A stretch of 64,000 nt of DNA from a bacterium. GTDB taxonomy: Bacteria; UBA8248. Position numbers and translations under genes: made by a program. Shown here piece by piece: positions 39,547 to 48,662 of this stretch; the first letter of the stretch is position 1, and every line of letters begins with the position of its first letter. The notes beneath the pieces were generated by a model, which had not been told where the DNA came from, ran no database searches, and worked only from the letters and a program-made list of their open reading frames with translations. The stretch lies in NCBI GenBank assembly GCA_965207065.1, contig OZ242260.1, forward strand, positions 1,376,001-1,440,000. Reading direction: 5' to 3'.

Positions 39547-41865
39547 TTACGCGATTACAGGCGCGGGGTTCAAATCGGCTTCGGCCAGGGGGTGCTTGCG
39601 GCGGCCCATGTCGAGGGGTGCGTCGTACAGGCGCCCGGGCGCGAATCTCGCCCAGAAATGGCGCATGCCCGGTACGATGACCCGCGCAACCGGCATGCCG
39701 ATGTCCGGCCGGGTCTGGTCCAGCACGAGGAACTCCATGCCCTTGGCTTCCACCAGCGCCCGGCAATGTTCCACATCCTCAAGAGTGTCCGCAGTTTCGA
39801 TCTCCGGATACTCCGGGCCTTGCCTGAGCGGCGCGTCCGGCGTCGGCGACAGCCAGGAACAATCGGCGATTCGAGCCGTCTTCCACCAGTTGAGCGCCAG
39901 CGGATCGTCGATCATGGGCCGGCCGTCGCCCCCTCCGGGACGCGGCAGCCAGGTAAGGCACTGGTTCAACTCGCAAACCGCGCGCAGGGCCGCCAGCCGC
40001 GGGTCGGCATGCGCGCCGGCGCCGTATATGATGTCCTCGGTTTCCGCGTCTAGTCTGCGCGAGAGCGCGACGAACGCGGGAATGCCGATGTCGGAAGTAA
40101 CGTCGAGCATCCACACTTCCCGCTCGTAGCGGGCGTAATAATCCGCGGCCGACGCAAGGAATTCGTCGTCGAAGCTGAGAAGATCAACCCCGGGCGCTCT
40201 CAGTTCGTTGTACCACCAGATGGCGAACGCATCGCGCTCGACCAGTTCATAGAAGCCTTGCAGGATGGCCTCCTCCAGGGTGTTCCCTGCGGCGCAGCCG
40301 TTGGAGTCGGCGATCAGTTCGGCGTCTCCGCGCTGTTCGGCGGACATGCTGTAGAGCATCGACGTCGGCAGATAGCGGTGCCGCCGCTGCGTGAACGACC
40401 ACACCGGGGTCCAGTCGATTTCGGCACCGGGTTCGAGACGCGGCGGGACGATGTTGTACGGGTGGCCTTTCGCGTTGATGCTTTCCGCGTTGTCTAGCTG
40501 GTCCTCGCTGAACAGCTGCGCATCGTTGGGATGGATCGCCCCGTCTTCCGCGGCGAAGTCGATGAACCGCTTGCGGATGCGGATCTCGTCTCCGCAACAG
40601 GCGCCCGAATAACGCTCGATCGCCTCGCAGAGGGCGCTGGCCTCGGATTGCGCCCGCGTGCTGCCCTTGCCGGCGCTCTTGCTGCGGAGGCTGCGCCTGA
40701 GCGAACTCAGGCTCCGGCTTCTCATGGCGGGATTGCTTCCGGCCCAGTAGACGTGCAGCCAGGAGTCGCTCTCATCGGTCGTGCGCGCCAGCCAGGTGAC
40801 GACGCCGCTGATCGGGCTTACCAGGTGGCGGTATTTCGCCAGTGTGGCTTCCGGCGTCACGGCCCGCGCGCCGCCGCTGTTGCGATGGACTTTGGGGCTC
40901 GCACTCAGACTCAGCGGCGCCGGCGGTCGATCCGGCCGGTAGAGCGCCTCGTCGCCACAGGCCGCACACTGCGGGCGGCGCATCACCGAATGATGCGAGC
41001 TTGCGAACGTGGCGACATTCATCGCAATCGCCTTATCGTGAATCGGGGCCGCATCGTCCAGCACCAGCCATTTGACGATCTCCGCCGCGACCAGGCCGTA
41101 CAGCGCCTCCAGCACCGCGGGCTCGGCGGCGAACGGCTTGAAGGCGGCTTCCTCACCGACAAAGCTGCGCAGGAAGTTGTGGGTCTCCTTATGGCAGCGC
41201 AGGCGGTAGGCCAGGCACTCCCGGCAGGGTCCTTGCTCATCCGCGCGGAAGACGGGGCCGAACAGCGCCTCCATGCCGCGCGGCCGCACCAGCATCCACG
41301 GCGCTCCCGCCTCGAGCCGGCGCCGATTCACGTCGGCAAGCCGTGCGTCGAGATAGTCGTCGCAGACGACAACCGTGAGCCGGGGGTCGCCGCTCGCCAC
41401 ACCGGCGCCGATTTCTGCCAGGCGCCGGGCGAGGCGGCCGTCGTCGCCTTCGACCGCGACCCGCGACTCCGCCAGCCGCCCTTCGGCCCAGCGGGGCGAT
41501 GCGCCGAGCGAGGCCCAGTAGGCCGCCCGGGGTCGGTCCATGCCGTGATCGGCGGAGACGACATAGCCCCTGGCGGAGAGCGAAACCACGGCCGCGAGAA
41601 CGTCGGCGGCGGCATGGCGGCCCTCGAGGGCGGCGGCAATCCCGGCCAGCGGGCGCCGGCCGCCCAGAAGCGGCAGCAGAGCGGGATACAGGCCGCCGTG
41701 CAGCAGCGTATCGAACGACTCGGACACCAGCAGGGTCTGCCCTTCGCCGATTTCGTGGAACTGCAGGTGCGGGGTGAGCGCGGGGAACTCGACGAGGCCC
41801 TGGTCCGCCGGGGTCGTTTTGGTCAATATCCCGCGTCGGGGAGTCGTCTTGGTCTGTGGTGACAT
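39547..41865 (-). CDS. srpC: Fused leader-binding/E1-like + YcaO cyclodehydratase (TOMM type)
   Basis: GPVF..GPCRECL, RRPQCAACG, SAGKG, EAIERY, SNGCAAG, ELVERDA, Pro-rich C-terminus LNPAPV. Confidence 0.93.
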   Translation of the reverse strand: MSPQTKTTPRRGILTKTTPADQGLVEFPALTPHLQFHEIGEGQTLLVSESFDTLLHGGLYPALLPLLGGRRPLAGIAAALEGRHAAADVLAAVVSLSARGYVVSADHGMDRPRAAYWASLGASPRWAEGRLAESRVAVEGDDGRLARRLAEIGAGVASGDPRLTVVVCDDYLDARLADVNRRRLEAGAPWMLVRPRGMEALFGPVFRADEQGPCRECLAYRLRCHKETHNFLRSFVGEEAAFKPFAAEPAVLEALYGLVAAEIVKWLVLDDAAPIHDKAIAMNVATFASSHHSVMRRPQCAACGDEALYRPDRPPAPLSLSASPKVHRNSGGARAVTPEATLAKYRHLVSPISGVVTWLARTTDESDSWLHVYWAGSNPAMRSRSLSSLRRSLRSKSAGKGSTRAQSEASALCEAIERYSGACCGDEIRIRKRFIDFAAEDGAIHPNDAQLFSEDQLDNAESINAKGHPYNIVPPRLEPGAEIDWTPVWSFTQRRHRYLPTSMLYSMSAEQRGDAELIADSNGCAAGNTLEEAILQGFYELVERDAFAIWWYNELRAPGVDLLSFDDEFLASAADYYARYEREVWMLDVTSDIGIPAFVALSRRLDAETEDIIYGAGAHADPRLAALRAVCELNQCLTWLPRPGGGDGRPMIDDPLALNWWKTARIADCSWLSPTPDAPLRQGPEYPEIETADTLEDVEHCRALVEAKGMEFLVLDQTRPDIGMPVARVIVPGMRHFWARFAPGRLYDAPLDMGRRKHPLAEADLNPAPVIA

Positions 41866-41898
41866 GCGGGAATCCTGCGTCTGCCCGGTCGGCGCTTT

Positions 41899-44261
41899 TT
41901 ATGCGCGCGAAACGAGCGTATCGATCCGGGCGGCGGCGCTGGATGCGGTCTCGGCGACCGCCGACGCCAGCGCATCGAAATCCTCCTGACCGCAAGCGTC
42001 CGCAAGGAGTGATTTGACCTTCGGCCCTGCCGCCGCCGCGTCGAATCCCTCTTCGCCGACAAGACGCATGACCCCCTGTAAGTCCCGCCACATGGCCGCG
42101 GCTTGCGCCAGCGGCTCGGCGCCGGATCGTCGAGGCCGTTTCCGGCGCGCGTCAACTGCAGGTAGCGCGCGGCCCTCTCGACATCGTCCAGCCCGCCGCG
42201 CATCCGGGCGTATGCGGGCACGCCCGTTTCGGCGGGGTCTTCGGTCCGCTCGCTCAACCGGGCGAGCAAGGATTCGTCCGCGGCGCATTCGGCCAGTATC
42301 CGGCGCCGCGCCTCCTCGTAGCGGCCGGCGACATCGGAACCGCCATACTCGAAGGCGCAACGCGCCCTGGTGAGAGCGGGAACCTCACCTGAAGTCGAAT
42401 TTCCGGAATGCCCGGCCAGCTCGGAAAGCGGCAGCGCAAGAATGGTATTCGAGCCGGGCGGGACCGGGGAGAACAACAGGCTGTCCTGCGACAGGTCGGA
42501 CAGAGCCTCTTGGAAACTACGGCACACCTGCTCGTTTTTGCCGGACCGCAGGCCGTCGTGGAGGATCAGCATATCGATTCCGACGCCGGGATATGCTTCG
42601 CGGCTGGCCAGATCGCCCAGGAGAACGGCGGCGACTCCATCCACGCTCAGCATCCCGAAGCGGTCGACATAATCCGCGACCACGGAGGCGAGCACGGTCG
42701 AGATCGACGCTTCGGCGAGATTCGAGAGCGCCGTTCTCGCTTCCGCCGGCAACAGGTTACCGCGCATCACGTGCATACCGATCTGAAACGCCTTGTCGTT
42801 CGACCAGTTTCGCACGATTTCAGCGGTTTCCCTCGCATCGGCCACCGGCAGTTCGGCGACCAGACCCTTCAATTCCCCAACGTCCATCTCGTAAGTCCAG
42901 TAGACTCTCGCCAGCCCGCGCCGCGCTATCGATTCGTATTCCTCATCCGGCCCGAACCCTTTCGGCAGGTCGAGGTCGAGGAATTCCTGGTCCTGCAGGT
43001 TGTCCAGAAGTTCCGGGTTCCGCTCAATCCGTTTCGCAAGCCTCGGGGCGGCGCCGAAGATTTCGAGTATCGCGTCGAATGCGTCGGGCCGCGCCGCGGC
43101 GATCGGGCTGTCGTAGGGGCCCCAGTCGTCAATCTCCGGATAGAAATGCTTGCGCCACTGGTCCACCAGCGGGTCCATCTTCTCGAACCAGCGCTTGGGC
43201 CGCAGCACGATGTTCATCATGTCGGCGTAGGTTCCCGGCAACTCCGGCGACTCATCGAGGCCGCTGACCTGCAGCAGCGGATACTGGCGCGACGCCACCG
43301 CATGATGGTCCGCATGGCGCTGCATATTGAAAAACATCCAGTTGCTGAACTTCCAGTCGGCGCTCCAGGAATGGCGCGGCATCGCCTTTTCCCAGCGGCC
43401 GTTGTCCAGACGGACCCGGCGCAGGCCGTAGTGTTGAAAGTAGTTGCTCATCTTCATCGAAAAGACGCAGGACAGACCGAGGAAGACGAAGACGGGAACG
43501 GCCCAGATTCCGCCCATCCAGTAAACCAGTCCGTACCAGAACGCGACGCCGACGCCGTAGCGCCAGAACGGATTGTCGTAATGCCACATGGGCAAACGCC
43601 GCCGCGCCAGGCGTTCTCTTGCGACTTCCCAGGAATGGACGAGGTTGCTGACGACTTCCTTGGGGAAATATTTCCAGAAACTTTCCCCCTTCGGAGCGGA
43701 ACCCACGTCATACGGCGTGCCGACCAGGGCATGGTGAATATAGACGTGTTCCGTGGCGTATTGCGGATAGGAGACGGTGGCGAGCAGGAATTCGCCCACC
43801 CGGCGCTCCCAGGTCGTGCGCCGGTGAATCATTTCGTGGCCGACTACGAATACGGCTTGCGCTTCCATCGTCAGGATGATCGCCAGGAGCACGCCTTCCC
43901 AGATGGAGAATTGATCCGCCGCCAGGATTTGCCACATACCGAAAATGAGCGTCGGCGGCCACAGAAACGACCACGACCAGACCGGCAGATTGTGCCAGAA
44001 CAGGCGGTGCTCCGACGTATTCGCCGGGTCCATGTTTTGTCCGTCCCGACCCAGCGCCCTATCGAGCGACCCCGCAACACTCATAAAGACGAGCGGCGGC
44101 AGCAACCACCAGCCTCCATTGTACACGCCGAGAAGAATCAGCGGAAAAACAACCAGTGGCAGATAATGCGGAAGGGCGGTCAGAATGGAAGGCTCGATAG
44201 GCCGAGTGGCGTCAGCGTTGCCTGGGCCGGAGCCACCACTTGCAACCGGACTTTGTGGCAT
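41899..44261 (-). CDS. AlkB-like membrane diiron monooxygenase/desaturase fused to degenerate GlnE-like domain; frameshift near 42120
   Basis: HEMIHR, EHVYIHH, NYFQHYG, QRHADHH His boxes. C-terminal LLGDLASRE..DMLILHD and RGGLDDVERAARYLQL. The tail continues in the frame of ORF 41899-42360. Confidence 0.8.
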
Positions 44262-44343
44262 GTCAGCTCCTCAACAGTGGGCATATTGAAACCCTTGAAC
44301 CGGAGGCAATTTTATCCTCGAATCCATGAACCTGCAAGGATTT

Positions 44344-45645
44344 TCAGGCTTTCAGGATTGCGAGGAGACGCTCGAGGGCTTCGATGCAGAACGCGGTTGT
44401 CACGGCTTCGGAGCCATGTCCAATCCGCCCTACCGTGCCCCACTTCAGGGTTTGGTCGCCGAACGCGAGGAGTTCGGGCCAGCTGCCGTCCTCGCGTTGC
44501 GAACCCGTGAACCTTTCCACCTCGCGTTTCGCGTCGATTCTATCGAGGCATCCGACATGGTGGAGCGCCGAGGCGGCCTGAGCCGATTGAAGGATGTTGC
44601 CGAACCCCCCCTCCTCGTCCCGCAAGCCCAGGATGCGCTCCGCAAGTACCGGGCGCAGCCGGTCGAGGGCGGGCCGTGCGCGATTCACGGCGCGGGCGGT
44701 CGCATAGCAGATAGCGACCTCGTCGGGATACCATTTCGACGACCCCTCGAGATTGCCTTCGGTTATCAAGGCTTCCAGCCATCGCCGGGCATCCCTGGTT
44801 TCTGGGCAGTCGCCGAGATAGGCGATGACGTTCGCATTGACCACGGGGTCGGCTTCGATACGGAAGCGCGATACGACATCGGGTTCGTCGTCTTCGAGAA
44901 CCCAGGTCATGAAGCGGCCTTCCTCGTCGCGATTCGCCAGTATCTGCGGAACGTTCCGCCCCATCAGAATCCAGGGGTGGCCTCCAATCACGAGTGAACA
45001 CAGCGCGGTGCTGTCGAGATCCTGGGGCAGATGGCGGTAATAGCGCCACAATCCGGGATATTCGATGGTTTCGGCGAGATACGCCTCGGTCGCGGCGCAG
45101 ATGGCCCTGGCGCGCGCTTCCTCGCAACATTCCAGGGCGAGGACGCAGAAAGCCGATACGAAAGGAGGTTTCTCGAAATGCCGCGGTATGTCCGGGTCGC
45201 CTACGTTGAACCGGATGCAGCGCCAGGCGCCGTTTTCGTCTATGGCGGATTCCAGGAAATCGAGACCGCGGCGGATGCTTTCCCTGCCCGCTTTCGCAAG
45301 CGCTTCGGTGGTCGCCGCGCTCTTCGGGACTCTCTCCCCTTGAAGTTTTGGAGGACGAAGGGGCGGCGCGGGGTCGTGCATCGTTTTGCGAAGAAACTCG
45401 ATCGATGCCGCGCCGGTTTTCGCCTCCTCCCGTTCCGCCTCGGTGAATTTGCTGCGCGGCGGGAGGACGAGGTGCGTCGCGGTGTAGGTTTCTTCGTGCA
45501 CGTGAATCTCATGGTCTTCGGCCATCGTAACGCCCAATTCCGCTTCGATGGTCTCTTTGGGCCTGGCGAGAAGACGTTCTCTAAAGTCGTAGTCGCCGCC
45601 GGCTCGCGATATCAGGAAATCGGCAGCGTCAAAGGGCTTCTTCAT
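44344..45645 (-). CDS. NHLP-leader-like domain fused to class II terpene cyclase / prenyltransferase-squalene-oxidase-repeat domain
   Basis: N-terminal DYDFRERLLARPKETIEAELG...HLVLPP...FTEAERE; then DENGAW, PQDLDSTA (DxDDTA-like), DPVVNANV, QREDGSW. Confidence 0.75.
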   Translation of the reverse strand: MKKPFDAADFLISRAGGDYDFRERLLARPKETIEAELGVTMAEDHEIHVHEETYTATHLVLPPRSKFTEAEREEAKTGAASIEFLRKTMHDPAPPLRPPKLQGERVPKSAATTEALAKAGRESIRRGLDFLESAIDENGAWRCIRFNVGDPDIPRHFEKPPFVSAFCVLALECCEEARARAICAATEAYLAETIEYPGLWRYYRHLPQDLDSTALCSLVIGGHPWILMGRNVPQILANRDEEGRFMTWVLEDDEPDVVSRFRIEADPVVNANVIAYLGDCPETRDARRWLEALITEGNLEGSSKWYPDEVAICYATARAVNRARPALDRLRPVLAERILGLRDEEGGFGNILQSAQAASALHHVGCLDRIDAKREVERFTGSQREDGSWPELLAFGDQTLKWGTVGRIGHGSEAVTTAFCIEALERLLAILKA

Positions 45646-45719
45646 GGATGTCTTCTCCATTTTCGCGGGCCTTGGCCGAACGTGCATTTTACCGCCGGGC
45701 TGCTGTCTGCATATTCTGG

Positions 45720-48662
45720 TCAGGCGATTTGCCTTTTGATCAACTCCTTGAATACCCCGTCGACCTCCTTGAGTTCGTTGAAGGTACCGCTTTGAACGAC
45801 TTTTCCGCCTTGCAGCACGTAGATGCGGTCGGCCTGTTCCAGCGTGGACAGGCGGTGGGCGATGATGAGCCGGGTGGAAGTCAGGTCGGCAAGGTTCCGC
45901 ATTACCTTGGCCTGGCTTTCGTTGTCCAGCCAGTTCGTCGCCTCGTCAAGCAGCATGATTCGCGGGCTGCCGATCACCGAGCGGGCGATCGTGATGCGCT
46001 GACTCTCGCCGCCCGAGAGGACGGACCCGCTGGCGCCCACCATCGTCATCATGCCCATGGGCATGTCCCTGATTTGGGCTTCGACTTCGGCGGTCCGGGT
46101 CGCCGCCCACACTTCCTCGGTCCCCACCGCATCATGGTGGCTGACCAGATTGTCCCAGAGATCTTGTGGATGGAGTCCAACGGATTGCGGCACCGCTCCA
46201 ATTTTCCGGCGCACCTGTTTCAGATTCAGGTGCCTCAGGTCGCGTCCGTCGTAATACACCGCACCGGCGGCCGGCCAGTCGATGCCGAGCGCGAGCCGGA
46301 ACAGGGTGCTCTTGCCGGCGCCGGACTCACCGGCAATCGCGATGAATTCGCCGGGACGGGCGTGAATCGTGACGTCGTCGAGGATCAACGGACCGTCGGG
46401 ATCGTAGCGGAAGGAAATGCGGTCGAACAGTATTTCACCGCCCAGGAATTCAACCGGCTCTCCTTCCGTCACGGTTTCAGGAACGGCGGAGAGAAGCGGG
46501 CGCATCTGCTCGAACGCCGGCCGCATGGCGGCAATGGCGCCGAAGGACTCGCCGAGCCGGGCGATGGCGGACTGGAAAACGATAAAGACCGTGTAAACGA
46601 CGAGAAAATCGCCGACCGGTATGTCCCGGTCTCCCGTCGCCGCCACCGCGAAAAGCAGAACCCCGCCGGCAAAAAAGGGAAGCGCGGCGCCGAATGCCCG
46701 CGAATGTCCCTCAAGCGCGCCCAGTTCAATCTCTGCGCGTTTCTGCTCGCGATAATCCCTCGCCCAGATGGCATAGGCCGACCCTTCCGCATTATCCATT
46801 CGCAGCTTGGAGATGCCTCCCACGAGCTGGAACAGCCGACCGGCTACACGCCGCGCCGCGCTGATCATCCGCCCATAAGGTGAAATCTGGCGCAACCCGA
46901 GGACTACGGCGACCAGCAGCGAAGCCAGGCTGAAGACGAGGGTGATGAGGCCGAGGGTGGCGTCGTAGAAGAAAATGACGCCAAAAACCGGAAGCAGAAA
47001 AATAATCGACAAAAAGCTGTTGGCGACGATTCCCCGCAAGCCGTCGCGAAGGTTCTGGAACGTCATCCCCGACATTGCCAGATCTCCGGCGGGATGGCGG
47101 TGCAGAATGCTTGACGGAAGGCGCATGAGACGGTCCCAGAAGGCGGCTTCGACCCGGGAAGCCGAGCGCCCCTCGAGCCGCATCATCGCCGTGCTTTGGA
47201 ACAGTTGCAGGAGAGCGCCGAGCAGACCGAACGCCGCTAACGCCACGGCGACGGTATAGAGCGTTCCTGTGCTTCCGCCCGCTAAAATTTCATTCGCAAC
47301 GAATCCGAGCGCGAGCGCCGGCAGCAGCTTGATCATGCCGTATGGAAGCCCGGCAATGACCAGACGCGCCAAATCCGCGGCCGACCCGCGCAGGGCGATT
47401 CTTAGCAGGTCTGCCAGTTTCACGTTCTCCGGCGGCAATGGCCGATAGAACATCCAGGCTTCTCCCTCCAGCGCGCCCGCGCGGTCCGCCGTGACCCGGC
47501 GGCTGCGTTTGCTGACCGGGTCGATTTCCCGGTATCGCCCGAACATTCCCGGCAACAGCGCCACTGGCTGGCCGTCCTCGGCGCGGAACGCCAGCATCGC
47601 GTTGCTGTCGCCGCGCCACCAGCTGCCCTCGGCTTTGAACCGCACGCGCCGGGCGCGTAAGCCCGACGCATCGAGAACCTCGACGAGGCCGACCGGAGAA
47701 TCGGAAAGTCCCGCACGCGCCGGAATCTTGAAATCGATTCCTTCATGGCGGCCGATGAGTTGCAGGGCATCCGCCAGCGCCGTGTCCTCGACACTGGCGT
47801 CCCGGTCGATCGGAAGGTCATAGATGTTGAACAGCCGCTGCCGCGCGGCTTTTTCCGCCGTGCGGCGGCTGGTAGTCCGCGCGCGTTCGAGATTGACGTC
47901 ATCGACCACGACCAGTCGGCGGTTCAGGCGTTCCAGGGAAAAAGCAACCGCGTGAAAAGAGGCGAGCGCCGGCAGCAGCGTGCCTTGCTCCGCCAGGGTT
48001 TCGGTTGATAAGCCCGTCAGCGTCGCTTCGTCGAACAAGGCGAGCCAGCTTGTGCGCGTCAGCGGAATAACGGCGTCGTGCGGGCCGCTCGCCTCCGCCA
48101 GTTCCGCCGGGTCGACGATACCCATGAACAGGCTCGCGCCGCGCGGCGGTTCGGATACCCATACCACGCCGCGCCGTACGGATAGCGTACAAGGGGCCAG
48201 GGTCTGCGTCCGACCGGGTTCGGCCAGCGCGGTCGGGCGCGGAAGGGGGCTTGCGAAACGGGACAGTGTTTCAGCAATGGCGATCAGCCAGGTATCGGTC
48301 TGTTCCGCCAGTTCCGCCGGATGGACCCGGGACAGCAGGGAAGCCGGCAGACGTTTCAAAATGGTGCCCGGCAGTCCTTTGGCGATGATGCTGAGCGTAT
48401 TGTCTTCGTCACCCTCTCGCTGGTCCGGCGACACGCCCGGCAGCAGCCAGCCCGACTCCCGGCGCAGCAGATGCTGCGGCGCCGCCTGCTCCACCCCGTC
48501 CTTGAGTTCGGCGAGGAACAGATTGACGGCGCCCTGATCGATGAACCAGACGCTGTCCGGGTCGTCGAGCTTGACCGGCAGGTTGCCGGCGCAGGGTACG
48601 GACGCGCCGAAGCGAGCGGCGAGTTCGGCGATGGACGTGTATTCCGGCTTTGTGTGCTGCAT
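45720..48662 (-). CDS. NHLP bacteriocin export ABC transporter permease/ATPase
   Basis: LDASGLRARRV, GESGAGKST, LSGGESQR, LDEAT, IAHRLST. Confidence 0.9.
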   Translation of the reverse strand: MQHTKPEYTSIAELAARFGASVPCAGNLPVKLDDPDSVWFIDQGAVNLFLAELKDGVEQAAPQHLLRRESGWLLPGVSPDQREGDEDNTLSIIAKGLPGTILKRLPASLLSRVHPAELAEQTDTWLIAIAETLSRFASPLPRPTALAEPGRTQTLAPCTLSVRRGVVWVSEPPRGASLFMGIVDPAELAEASGPHDAVIPLTRTSWLALFDEATLTGLSTETLAEQGTLLPALASFHAVAFSLERLNRRLVVVDDVNLERARTTSRRTAEKAARQRLFNIYDLPIDRDASVEDTALADALQLIGRHEGIDFKIPARAGLSDSPVGLVEVLDASGLRARRVRFKAEGSWWRGDSNAMLAFRAEDGQPVALLPGMFGRYREIDPVSKRSRRVTADRAGALEGEAWMFYRPLPPENVKLADLLRIALRGSAADLARLVIAGLPYGMIKLLPALALGFVANEILAGGSTGTLYTVAVALAAFGLLGALLQLFQSTAMMRLEGRSASRVEAAFWDRLMRLPSSILHRHPAGDLAMSGMTFQNLRDGLRGIVANSFLSIIFLLPVFGVIFFYDATLGLITLVFSLASLLVAVVLGLRQISPYGRMISAARRVAGRLFQLVGGISKLRMDNAEGSAYAIWARDYREQKRAEIELGALEGHSRAFGAALPFFAGGVLLFAVAATGDRDIPVGDFLVVYTVFIVFQSAIARLGESFGAIAAMRPAFEQMRPLLSAVPETVTEGEPVEFLGGEILFDRISFRYDPDGPLILDDVTIHARPGEFIAIAGESGAGKSTLFRLALGIDWPAAGAVYYDGRDLRHLNLKQVRRKIGAVPQSVGLHPQDLWDNLVSHHDAVGTEEVWAATRTAEVEAQIRDMPMGMMTMVGASGSVLSGGESQRITIARSVIGSPRIMLLDEATNWLDNESQAKVMRNLADLTSTRLIIAHRLSTLEQADRIYVLQGGKVVQSGTFNELKEVDGVFKELIKRQIA

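Noticed and set aside
45410-45645. Second stand-alone RiPP precursor
   Set aside because: The leader-like segment has no stop or Cys-rich core and continues in frame into the cyclase domain.
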